Positions 8,174 to 16,578 of a DNA stretch of 64,000 nucleotides are shown in pieces. The stretch's first letter is position 1, and every line of letters begins with the position of its first letter. The stretch covers positions 1 through 64,000 of the IMG/VR virus record IMGVR_UViG_3300029922_000001, one strand, 5' to 3'. Both the position numbers and the translations under genes were made by a program. Below the pieces are notes generated by a model that ran no database searches, had not been told where the DNA came from, and saw only the letters and a program-made list of their open reading frames with translations.

Positions 8174-8887
8174 GAGAATATTATTTGTTTTTCTTTGAAT
8201 TATTGTTTGAATTAAATCCACAACAATCTTTTTATATTTTTCCTTACTGTTAGTGTTTAAATACTTGCAAGACGATGAATCTATAATACATAATTCAATA
8301 TTTTGTTGATAACAATTTATTATTTTATTATTATCATTATTTTTAATTTTTTCAAATTTATTATTTCCATAAATTGGTTCATAGTGAAATATGCCATTTA
8401 GTTCAATAGCAAATTTAAGCTCTGGAAAATAAAAGTCTAATTCAGAATTAATAATAGATTTATCATTACATATTAATAATAAATCAGGGTATAAAATTTT
8501 AATTTGTTCTTCTAAGTATATTTCTAATTTGGATCTTCTAGTTCCATGAGTTTTATGTTTATTGTTATAAGTTGCTGAACATGATTTACTGCAAAATACA
8601 TTTTTTGTTTTACTTTTATTTAATTCTCCGTTATTTCTTTTTGTGTATTTATTACACTCTTTACAAAAAGTATTTATTGATCCATGACCACGATCTAAAT
8701 TATTTTTATTTGCTACACACTTCATACTACATACCATTGGTCTATTTAATTTATAACTTTCATTAATTTTTGACTTAGCTCTATTGAAAATATTATTACA
8801 CTGAGGACAAATTAATAAAACTAAGTCGTTTCCTCTTAAATTACATATATATTCATTAGGTATATTATTAGCATATGGTATATTCAT
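8165..8887 (-). CDS. free-standing putative homing endonuclease (Cys-rich Zn modules + Vsr/DUF559-like PD-(D/E)xK domain)
   Basis: CxxC...CSxxC repeats; ELDFYFPELKFAIELNGIFHY; start moved to ATG 8887. Confidence 0.7.
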   Translation of the reverse strand: MNIPYANNIPNEYICNLRGNDLVLLICPQCNNIFNRAKSKINESYKLNRPMVCSMKCVANKNNLDRGHGSINTFCKECNKYTKRNNGELNKSKTKNVFCSKSCSATYNNKHKTHGTRRSKLEIYLEEQIKILYPDLLLICNDKSIINSELDFYFPELKFAIELNGIFHYEPIYGNNKFEKIKNNDNNKIINCYQQNIELCIIDSSSCKYLNTNSKEKYKKIVVDLIQTIIQRKTNNILAR

Positions 8888-9006
8888 ACTATATATTTCG
8901 AATATACAATTTCGACTCCTGCTACATAGATTTAAATTACTCAATTAATAAACCACCGTGTGGTTATTGGGCAAAACAAAAAGCTTTATAGGAGTTATAA
9001 TAAGAC

Positions 9007-9306
9007 ATGGTTACAGCATTAAAAATCGAAAATGGTCAAATTATGGTTAAAACCCATCATTATCCAGAATGGCATTATCGTCGCCCTGTGACTTATGGTG
9101 AAATGAGTATGTATCCTGATAATATGAGTAAGGCTAAAAAAGATTGGTTAAAAGCTAAGGAATTTGAAAATTCTTTAGATAACCTTATAGAAGATTTAAA
9201 ATATACCATTCCTCAATTAAAGAAGGTATATTACACTTCAGATGACATATTAAAAAAAGGTGAAGCGGGTATTTTAAAGGCTAAATATTCCGAACCCACA
9301 ACTTAA
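9007..9306 (+). CDS. hypothetical protein
   Basis: ORF with TATAAT-N5-ATG. Confidence 0.65.
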   Translation: MVTALKIENGQIMVKTHHYPEWHYRRPVTYGEMSMYPDNMSKAKKDWLKAKEFENSLDNLIEDLKYTIPQLKKVYYTSDDILKKGEAGILKAKYSEPTT

Positions 9307-9322
9307 TATGCTATAATAAGGC

Positions 9323-9847
9323 ATGTCATTTATGTTACACAAACTGCATGAAGCAGAAGAAGAATTACCAGAATTACTTAAAGACTGGTCATCATGGAGT
9401 GGTCTAGATATTACTTATCATGAGCCAAGAGTTGAAAGAGTTTGGCGACAATGGGGTAATTACCGTATTAGTTTACATGTCATTCATCCAGCACTCAAAG
9501 TAGATTGTTTATATCATCCGCATCCTTGGGCATCAGCTATTCGTATTGTTCATGGTGGATATGAAATGGGAATTGGTTATGGTCAAGGTTTTGAACCACC
9601 AGAAGAAGCTTGTAAAATTATTTTGACTACTGGCAGTGAATATTCAATGGAAAATAAAGATGGTTGGCATTATGTTCGTCCAATTAATAATGCAAGTTTA
9701 TCAATAATGGTTTCTGGTCAACCTTGGGGTAGAGAAATGCCAATCGAACCAGATGATGCTATTAATCAAAAAATGCCAATAGCACGTCTTGCGGAAATCT
9801 TGAATATCTTTTCTTTGTTTTATCCAGAAAAAGAAGGCAGTAAATAA
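9323..9847 (+). CDS. cupin-like hypothetical protein
   Basis: HPHPW...GGYE...WHYV pattern; TGcTATAAT-N5-ATG. Confidence 0.55.
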   Translation: MSFMLHKLHEAEEELPELLKDWSSWSGLDITYHEPRVERVWRQWGNYRISLHVIHPALKVDCLYHPHPWASAIRIVHGGYEMGIGYGQGFEPPEEACKIILTTGSEYSMENKDGWHYVRPINNASLSIMVSGQPWGREMPIEPDDAINQKMPIARLAEILNIFSLFYPEKEGSK

Positions 9848-9857
9848 TACTGCCTTC
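9833..9857. terminator. hairpin between convergent genes (likely bidirectional terminator)
   Basis: GAAGGCAGTA-AATAA-TACTGCCTTC. Confidence 0.6.
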
Positions 9858-9860
9858 CTA

Positions 9861-10949
9861 TTAAAATTTAACTTTAATCTTCCTGACATATTGCGGATTA
9901 AGTAAAATAGGCATAGTTTCTGTTGATACTAAATATCCCATATGTGTAGGCGGTTTATCACAAGGAACTGAAGTAATCTTTCCCTTAATAGCATAAGCAC
10001 CAAGAAATTGGGCGGGAGGTAAAACATAAATTTCTCCATCTTCTATATCCGCAGAATAATGCATATCGGTCCATCCATAATGTCCAACAAGTCCTATCAT
10101 CATAATATCTCTCTGTGTACCTTGTTCAAAATCTTTTTCATTAAAGTATTGTTTGCACAACCTGAATGTTTTAGGAGTCATAATCATTTTTGCAGCAAGT
10201 AAATCGTTGTTTTCAATTTCATTAATACTATCTTGTATAGCTCTATCTACAGTTTCCACATAAGTATATATGGTTTGATCAAAATTGGCGGCTTCTTTAA
10301 TAAGTGAAAATATTGCTTGATTTTCTTGTTTTTGGATTGAATCTTTAGCTTCGCATTGCATTTGATCAAACAAATAATATCTTCTTTTATTAAATTCTTC
10401 TGTCGTGACTAATGGGTTGTCTTTAAAAAAAGTGAAATCTTTAATGATTTCTTCATCATTAGGAATATATGGTTTTATTTCACCATTTGAATAGTAAATT
10501 GATTTTGTTCCTTCTTTAATTTGATAAATAGGATCAACACCCGAAGGAAGTTCGTCTACCAGTAATATTTTCCTTGCAACTGATTGATATAGTAAAGATG
10601 CATTAATAGCATCAACCATAGAGTTTCCGAGAGAAATTCTACCTTCTTCAGTAGTGAGTATATGCGCTGTGCTATCACGATAAAATACTGATATTAATTG
10701 GTCTGATGTTAATTCTTTGTGAGATTCTGATAATGTTAGAATGTCATCAGTTAAATTCGTTTGCCAACCAACACTTTGATAAACAATAGAAACTTGTTTT
10801 TTTGCATTAGGGTCTGTGTTTTCGTTAAATCGAAAAGTGAATGGAGCTTCTTCGGAATATGTTTGAAGCTTTTTGTCGATAATGTCAATAAGTTTATTGA
10901 CGGCTGTTTCAACTCTCTTTTGAGAGATTTCTTGTGGTCCTATGGGCAT
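9861..10949 (-). CDS. divergent HK97-fold major-capsid paralog with extra N-terminal domain
   Basis: YQSVARKILLVDELPSG, NP...RRY...AKDSIQKQEN..IF, IExNDL..AK, TQRDI...GLVG and GEIYV..PAQFLG resemble jumbo-phage MCPs; AGGAG before ATG 10949. Confidence 0.65.
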   Translation of the reverse strand: MPIGPQEISQKRVETAVNKLIDIIDKKLQTYSEEAPFTFRFNENTDPNAKKQVSIVYQSVGWQTNLTDDILTLSESHKELTSDQLISVFYRDSTAHILTTEEGRISLGNSMVDAINASLLYQSVARKILLVDELPSGVDPIYQIKEGTKSIYYSNGEIKPYIPNDEEIIKDFTFFKDNPLVTTEEFNKRRYYLFDQMQCEAKDSIQKQENQAIFSLIKEAANFDQTIYTYVETVDRAIQDSINEIENNDLLAAKMIMTPKTFRLCKQYFNEKDFEQGTQRDIMMIGLVGHYGWTDMHYSADIEDGEIYVLPPAQFLGAYAIKGKITSVPCDKPPTHMGYLVSTETMPILLNPQYVRKIKVKF

Positions 10950-11036
10950 ATTTTTCTCCTTTGCACACTTCAATTCAAGATTGCAAGTGCTGCAACAATA
11001 TCTTTATACAAATTCTAAAACGACGTACAATAACTT

Positions 11037-11354
11037 ATGAGTAAAAAATACTGTGAATATTTGGTGCAACGATTAGCTAATAATCGAAAAGATCAAAAAA
11101 TTAAAGAGTTGCAAATACAAAATAGAAAATTACAAAGTCATTTAGATAATTATCATGCTATAATGGAATGTGATAGAAAATCACCAACTAGAGAAGAACT
11201 ACATTTAAGGGAATTAGTAGATAAAGGTGCTGATTATATTACTATTAATCATTATATGCGTGGATATGATCTTACAATTAAACGCGAAGATGGGGTAATC
11301 TATCGTATTAACAGAACAGGAAAGGACGAAAAATATGACGCCACAAACAATTGA
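11037..11354 (+). CDS. hypothetical protein
   Basis: ORF with TACAAT-N5-ATG. Confidence 0.6.
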   Translation: MSKKYCEYLVQRLANNRKDQKIKELQIQNRKLQSHLDNYHAIMECDRKSPTREELHLRELVDKGADYITINHYMRGYDLTIKREDGVIYRINRTGKDEKYDATNN

Positions 11355-11589
11355 TTCAGATGAATTTTATGATCCAGAACGTGATAAATATGATGCTCTT
11401 GCTGCACAAGGATGCAGAATTAGAAACCAAATCAAAGATAAAGATAGGGAAATTTTTAATTTAGAAGCACTTTCTGAGTGGTTAGTCGATAGGGACCATG
11501 CTGGACAATGGTATTGCTATGATCAAGAAGGGTGGGCAACTGCCTGTGATGATATTGGTAAAGCCTTAAAGACGATATCGGTGCTATGA
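11335..11589 (+). CDS. hypothetical protein
   Basis: ORF overlapping the upstream gene; AGGA upstream. Confidence 0.6.
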   Translation: MTPQTIDSDEFYDPERDKYDALAAQGCRIRNQIKDKDREIFNLEALSEWLVDRDHAGQWYCYDQEGWATACDDIGKALKTISVL

Positions 11590-11590
11590 A

Positions 11591-11636
11591 AAAGAATGGA
11601 ATTAGAGGGTAATGCCTTTGATTCCATTCTTTGTTT
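11591..11636 (+). terminator. intrinsic terminator
   Basis: AAAGAATGGAATTAGAGG...CCTTTGATTCCATTCTTT stem with T-rich tail. Confidence 0.7.
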
Positions 11637-11646
11637 ATAATAGGAC

Positions 11647-12102
11647 ATGAATAAGTCTTGGCTAACTGCTATAAGTAGAAAAAAACTTCCCGCTCCTACT
11701 AATTATCTGTTATCTAGTGGACTTTTAAAAGGTCGTGTTTTAGATTATGGCTGTGGAAGATGCCAAAACATAAACACTCAAAATGGTATCAAATATAATT
11801 ACGATCCTTATTACGTACCAGAAGGTAGACAAGGTAAGATGAATGTGATACTTTGCAATTACGTTTTAAATGTAGTGAATTTTGAAACTAGATTAGATAT
11901 ATTACAGGACTTATTTCATTTATTAGACAAAAATGGAGTAATATATTTAACAGTCAGAAGAGATATTACTTGTGATTACAACACCAAATTGGGGACTTTT
12001 CAGTATGTTGTGAAACTCCCATTTGAAACATTTCATAAAACAAAAACATATGAAACATATAAAATTTCTAAATATGACATACACGAGTATTTAACATCAT
12101 GA
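11647..12102 (+). CDS. class I SAM-dependent methyltransferase
   Basis: TAISRKKLPAP, VLDYGCG, YDPYY and CNYVLNV motifs. Confidence 0.8.
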   Translation: MNKSWLTAISRKKLPAPTNYLLSSGLLKGRVLDYGCGRCQNINTQNGIKYNYDPYYVPEGRQGKMNVILCNYVLNVVNFETRLDILQDLFHLLDKNGVIYLTVRRDITCDYNTKLGTFQYVVKLPFETFHKTKTYETYKISKYDIHEYLTS

Positions 12103-12305
12103 GTGAAGACGAAATTAAAACACGATATTTAAAATGGCTTAATGATCCATTAAAAGAAACATTACCTTATTTAGAAGAATGGGAACAGTGGCATTACAGT
12201 ATTAAACTATATGACGAAGAATTATATGGTGTGATTTGTTATTTGAGAATTAAATCAGGTGTTGATAAAAAAACGAACACAGTTGGTTTAGATTTTTTGT
12301 ATTAA
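12099..12305 (+). CDS. hypothetical protein
   Basis: ATGA overlap with the upstream stop. Confidence 0.55.
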   Translation: MSEDEIKTRYLKWLNDPLKETLPYLEEWEQWHYSIKLYDEELYGVICYLRIKSGVDKKTNTVGLDFLY

Positions 12306-12330
12306 ACAAAACAATGAATTATAATAAATA

Positions 12331-12651
12331 ATGGATTTAAGAATTATCTATTTACAAAATGATTATGCGGTTATGTATTGCAATAATGAATTAGTTCTCG
12401 AAGGTGATCCTCAAGAGTGGACCCTAGAATTAATACTTAAACAATTAAGTAATAATAGCAAAATTGTCAATTATACAATGGAAATGGAAGAATACACTTC
12501 TACATTGAACTATAAAATGCCAGATAAATTCGCTGATGTAGAATCTTTATTGGAATTGAAATTAGACTTTACAATGGATTCACTTAAAGATTTTTCCAAG
12601 ACGCAAAACTTAGTGAAAATATTGAAAGATAAGGTGTGGCAAGAAATATAA
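12331..12651 (+). CDS. hypothetical protein
   Basis: TATAAT-N5-ATG. Confidence 0.6.
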   Translation: MDLRIIYLQNDYAVMYCNNELVLEGDPQEWTLELILKQLSNNSKIVNYTMEMEEYTSTLNYKMPDKFADVESLLELKLDFTMDSLKDFSKTQNLVKILKDKVWQEI

Positions 12652-12671
12652 GTTTATGCTATAATGAGTGC

Positions 12672-13289
12672 ATGAAAACGTACCCATCTATTGTTACACT
12701 AAATAAAAATAAAAGCGAACCTATAGAAATGTGGGTATTTGATAAGTTGGATGGTTCTAACTTGCGTTTTGAATGGCATCGTAAGCGTGGATGGGGTAAA
12801 TTTGGCACTAGAACCCGTTTATTTGACCGTACAGACCCTACATTTGGTTGTGCCATTGATTTGTTCTTAAACAAATATAGTGAGGATTTAGAGAGGATTT
12901 TTAGAAAACAAAACTTCGAAGAAACTACAGTATTTTGTGAGTTCTGGGGACAGAGTTCTTTTGCTGGGCAGCACGTTGAAAGCGAACCTAAAAACGTCAC
13001 TTTGTTTGATGTTGATGTATTCAAAAAGTGTATTATTGGACCAAGACAATTTTTGGATTTATTCGGTCATTTAGATCATGCACCATATTTAGGAAAACAT
13101 ATATGGGATCAAGATTTTATTCAGGCAGTATACAATCAAGAAATTGAAGGTATGTCATTAGAAGGTGTTGTTGGCAAGGCTGGCGAAGGTCATCATTTGA
13201 AAATGTACAAGGCAAAAACAAAAGAATGGTTGGATTTGATTCGTGCTAGATACGATGAAGCTACTGCTAATCAGTTAATCAATAGTTGA
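12672..13289 (+). CDS. RNA ligase (Rnl2-like nucleotidyltransferase domain)
   Basis: Motif I KLDGSN, then EFWG, LFDV, EGVV and KAK; start moved to ATG 12672 (TGcTATAAT-N6-ATG). Confidence 0.75.
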   Translation: MKTYPSIVTLNKNKSEPIEMWVFDKLDGSNLRFEWHRKRGWGKFGTRTRLFDRTDPTFGCAIDLFLNKYSEDLERIFRKQNFEETTVFCEFWGQSSFAGQHVESEPKNVTLFDVDVFKKCIIGPRQFLDLFGHLDHAPYLGKHIWDQDFIQAVYNQEIEGMSLEGVVGKAGEGHHLKMYKAKTKEWLDLIRARYDEATANQLINS

Positions 13290-13317
13290 AAAAGGAATAG
13301 AAAATTGATTAATTGTA

Positions 13318-13626
13318 ATGTTGATTATGGATGTAAAACTTTATCGTTTAGATAATCGTATTGAGTCATTATGGCATACTTATAAGTTAGTTCATATGTT
13401 TTCTGATTATCCTATTGAATGGAAACTTACGGTTGATTATTTAGTTTCATTAGCAGAGTTGCTTCAAAAAGATAACGAAAAACAAGTACTGGAAACATTT
13501 TTCTTGGGTTTAGAAATTAAATTTAGTCCATGTAGTCCTGGTATTCAGGGATTAATGAAATTCTATCCTATTATACATACAAATGAAAATGACTCTGTTT
13601 TACCAGAATCTCTAAATATATTTTAG
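13318..13626 (+). CDS. hypothetical protein
   Basis: ORF; true start may be ATG 13327. Confidence 0.55.
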   Translation: MLIMDVKLYRLDNRIESLWHTYKLVHMFSDYPIEWKLTVDYLVSLAELLQKDNEKQVLETFFLGLEIKFSPCSPGIQGLMKFYPIIHTNENDSVLPESLNIF

Positions 13627-13722
13627 TTAACTTCATAAATGTTAAATGGTTTAGATATTTTGCGTATATTTTTTTGCATTGTTGTTGGATTATTTACGCA
13701 TATATAACTATAATTACTTGTT

Positions 13723-14049
13723 ATGGATAAAAATTTTAAAAAATACGTAAGTGATAATTATAGTGATAATTATAGGCAGTTTTACATTAAAGAGATTCTA
13801 AAATCTTCTGAAACAGAAAGTAGTCTTGAATCTTATGATATAATGTGTAATAGTAGTGAAGAGTTTATTTCAAAAATTTCTCAACCTCTAAGCTCATGGG
13901 TTAATCCTTCTAAATTATGTTTAATTGTGAAAAATGAAGATGGTTTTAAAGTAGCTATGAGATGTTTAGATGTAATTCACGATTTCGAAAATTTATGTAT
14001 TTTAACATTAAATAAATTAAATTTTCACCATGAATTATTTGGTATTTAA
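13723..14049 (+). CDS. hypothetical protein
   Basis: ORF preceded by TATAAT. Confidence 0.55.
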   Translation: MDKNFKKYVSDNYSDNYRQFYIKEILKSSETESSLESYDIMCNSSEEFISKISQPLSSWVNPSKLCLIVKNEDGFKVAMRCLDVIHDFENLCILTLNKLNFHHELFGI

Positions 14050-14163
14050 TATAATTTAATTGGCTACGCCAATTGATTCAACTTCTTCGTCAACTACACA
14101 AATGGGCTTCCTTGGAATAAGAAACGTGAATGTGAAAAAGAAGACAGTTATTTGAAGTAAGTA

Positions 14164-14192
14164 TTGACTTACACAAATGATTTAGGTATGAT
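14164..14192 (+). promoter_or_regulatory. sigma70-type promoter
   Basis: TTGACT-N17-TATGAT, 7 nt before ATG 14200. Confidence 0.7.
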
Positions 14193-14199
14193 TCTTCAC

Positions 14200-14502
14200 A
14201 TGGCTATTACAGAACAAGAAATACAAAATGCTTTATCAGAACAACAAATTCAAGATATTGGATATATCACCAGTGTATTGGATAAAAAATTAATTTCCAA
14301 TTATGGAAAATTAAAAAATGGCGAAGTGTTGAGATTTAGTTTAAATAAAAAATACAATCGAATTGTAACTGATGCAGTTTGTAAATCTTATGAACAAGCG
14401 GGTTGGGAATGTAGTGCTTACGATAATAAAGTTTATTATGGTATGTGGAGTAGTGGTCGTCCAATAAGTGAATTTGGTTTTCGTAAGCCAAAACAAAAAT
14501 GA
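14200..14502 (+). CDS. small hypothetical protein, homologous to the N-terminal domain of the capsid paralog
   Basis: MAITEQEI...LDKKL...RF...YEQAGW versus MPIGPQEI...IDKKL...RF...YQSVGW. Confidence 0.65.
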   Translation: MAITEQEIQNALSEQQIQDIGYITSVLDKKLISNYGKLKNGEVLRFSLNKKYNRIVTDAVCKSYEQAGWECSAYDNKVYYGMWSSGRPISEFGFRKPKQK

Positions 14503-14649
14503 CCCTGTTTAACCAGAGTCATTTAGCTACTGCAACCTTCGTTGTATAGGAACCAATATGTAATAATAGGAAAACAAAACCGTTTTATAACTATTTTGGA
14601 AAAAATCTTCGAAAGTTGGAAAAAACTAAGGAACATGGGTATAATATGA

Positions 14650-14720
14650 TTGTTAAGGGCTGTCGTCATTGGATTATCTAGGCTAAAAAAACTCCAAAGA
14701 CAAACAATTTGCTCTGATAA
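14650..14720 (+). ncRNA. candidate Y-like RNA 1 (Ro60-associated)
   Basis: 5' and 3' ends pair (AGGGC/GCTCT, TGT/ACA, internal loop with C, GTC/GAC, TTGGA/TCCAA); starts just after TATAAT 14640-14645; loop contains TTATCTA. Confidence 0.45.
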
Positions 14721-14725
14721 AGTTT

Positions 14726-14805
14726 AATATGGACTGATTGAATAGGTTTATCGCTTATCTAAAACGATCCTTCGGGATTTAACCTTTCAGACTTTTGTTC
14801 ATGTT
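14726..14805 (+). ncRNA. candidate Y-like RNA 2 (Ro60-associated)
   Basis: Terminal stem AATATGGAC/GTTCATGTT; inner stem AGGTT/AACCT; apical hairpins ATCG/CGAT (loop with TTATCTA) and ATCC-TTCG-GGAT. Confidence 0.5.
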
Positions 14806-14817
14806 TATTTTAAAAGG

Positions 14818-14857
14818 GCAAGTGCTTCACTGGATAGTGAGGAACTTGCTTTTTTTT
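14818..14857 (+). terminator. intrinsic terminator between candidate Y RNAs and ro60
   Basis: GCAAGT-GCTTCACT-GGAT-AGTGAGG-AACTTGC followed by T8. Confidence 0.75.
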
Positions 14858-14877
14858 CGAGTTAGGAGAATAAAATA

Positions 14878-16542
14878 ATGAGTAAAATCGCACAATACGT
14901 AGGAAATCGTAATAAAAACAAAAACAAGATCGTCAAACCATATATCTCTCAGGGACAACCTTATGACGAAACACAAGTTAAGAACTCCAATGGAGGATAC
15001 GTATATAAAGTCGGTAATTGGGATCAATTAGTAAGATTTCTCATTTTGGGAACAATTTCAGGAACTTACTACATCAAAGAAAGTGAACTAACTGTTCTAA
15101 ATTATGATGTCATCTTGGATTGTCTCAAAGAAGATGGCGTAAGAGTTGTAAATGAAATTTTGCGTGTGTCTGAAGGTGGATTGGCACCTAAAAATGATTT
15201 TGCAGTTTTTGCACTTGCAGTTGCTGCCGCACATGGTAATGAACAAACTAAACAACTAGCTTATGAAGTCTTGCCAAGAGTATGCCGTATTGCAACACAT
15301 TTATTCCAATTTTTGGAAGATTCTAAAGCATTTAGAGGACGTGGTAACGGTTTTAATCGTGCTATTCGTCGTTGGTACACTAATAAAACCATTGATCAAC
15401 AAGCTTATCAAATGGTTAAATATCGTTCACGAAACAGTTGGTCACACCGTGACGTGTTGAGAACAATACGTATCAAACCAGAAAACGTTGAAGCATCCGC
15501 TTTATATGGTTGGGCTGTTACTGGAGAATGGAAGCCAGGTAAGATTGAAATTAATGTTGATGGTCATGTACTATTACTATCAAATGGCTTTGATGTTGCT
15601 AAGCCAAAGATTATTGAAGGATTTGAAAAGTCCCAAGCTGCTACTTCTACTAGTGAACTAGTTAAGGTAATTAAGCAATATGATCTTACATGGGAAGCTG
15701 TGCCAACACAGTATCTTAAAGATAAGAGTGTATGGGAAGCTTTGCTATCCAACACTCCCCCAATTGCTTTGATGCGTAATCTTGGTAATATGTCTAGTGC
15801 CGGTGTCTTTGATGCTGGTGAGTGGGATAATACCAAATTAGCAATTGATACTTTAACTAATGTTGAAAAACTTAGAAAGAATCATTGTCACCCTATGCAG
15901 TCTGTAATTGCACAAATTACTTATGCTCATGGTGGAGGATTTAAGGGAAGTAACACTTGGGCTGTGAACCCCAAATTAGTCGATGCATTAAATGATTCGT
16001 TCTATGCATCAATGCAAGCAATTGTGCCAACTGGTAAGAAATTCCTAGTAGGTGTTGATGAATCTCAGTCTATGACTCAGGCTAGTGCTGTTTCAGGATT
16101 AAACTGTAAAGAAGCTGCGGCTATTATGGCATTAACTACTTACGTTGCGGAACCTAATTGTCAGGTTATCTTCTTCGATACCAAATATCGTGAAGAAGAA
16201 AAATTGAGTAAGCACATGAGTTTAAATGACGCTAAGAAACTCGCTCGTGATGGTGGAGGTACTAATTTGAACTTACCTATGCAATATGCATTGGATAAAA
16301 AGATTAAAGATATTGATGTCTTCGTTGTCTTCACTGACAATGAGACATATGGTAATGGACGACATACTCAAGACTTATTTAATGAATATCGTAATACATA
16401 TAATGCAAACGCCAAATTGATTGTATGTTCTATGATGGCTAATGTTTATACTGTAGGAGATATTAAAGATCCACAAATTCTTCAAGTAGTAGGTTTGGAT
16501 GCATCGCTCCCGAAAATAATTAGCTGTTTTGTTTTAGCGTAA
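14878..16542 (+). CDS. rsr: Ro60/Rsr TROVE-domain RNA-binding protein
   Basis: QVKNSNGGYVY, LVRFLILG..GTYY, KYRSRNSWSHRDVLR, ALMRNLG; vWA motifs DxSxSM, GGT, VFTDNET and VVGLD; AGGAG SD. Confidence 0.95.
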   Translation: MSKIAQYVGNRNKNKNKIVKPYISQGQPYDETQVKNSNGGYVYKVGNWDQLVRFLILGTISGTYYIKESELTVLNYDVILDCLKEDGVRVVNEILRVSEGGLAPKNDFAVFALAVAAAHGNEQTKQLAYEVLPRVCRIATHLFQFLEDSKAFRGRGNGFNRAIRRWYTNKTIDQQAYQMVKYRSRNSWSHRDVLRTIRIKPENVEASALYGWAVTGEWKPGKIEINVDGHVLLLSNGFDVAKPKIIEGFEKSQAATSTSELVKVIKQYDLTWEAVPTQYLKDKSVWEALLSNTPPIALMRNLGNMSSAGVFDAGEWDNTKLAIDTLTNVEKLRKNHCHPMQSVIAQITYAHGGGFKGSNTWAVNPKLVDALNDSFYASMQAIVPTGKKFLVGVDESQSMTQASAVSGLNCKEAAAIMALTTYVAEPNCQVIFFDTKYREEEKLSKHMSLNDAKKLARDGGGTNLNLPMQYALDKKIKDIDVFVVFTDNETYGNGRHTQDLFNEYRNTYNANAKLIVCSMMANVYTVGDIKDPQILQVVGLDASLPKIISCFVLA

Positions 16543-16578
16543 GTTGACAAAACACAGAATTTTAGGGCATAATATAAA

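Noticed and set aside
7385-8177. CRISPR array (regularly spaced CGAGA(TAAA) motif)
   Set aside because: The repeat is only 5-10 nt, the intervening units fold as tRNAs, and no cas genes are present.
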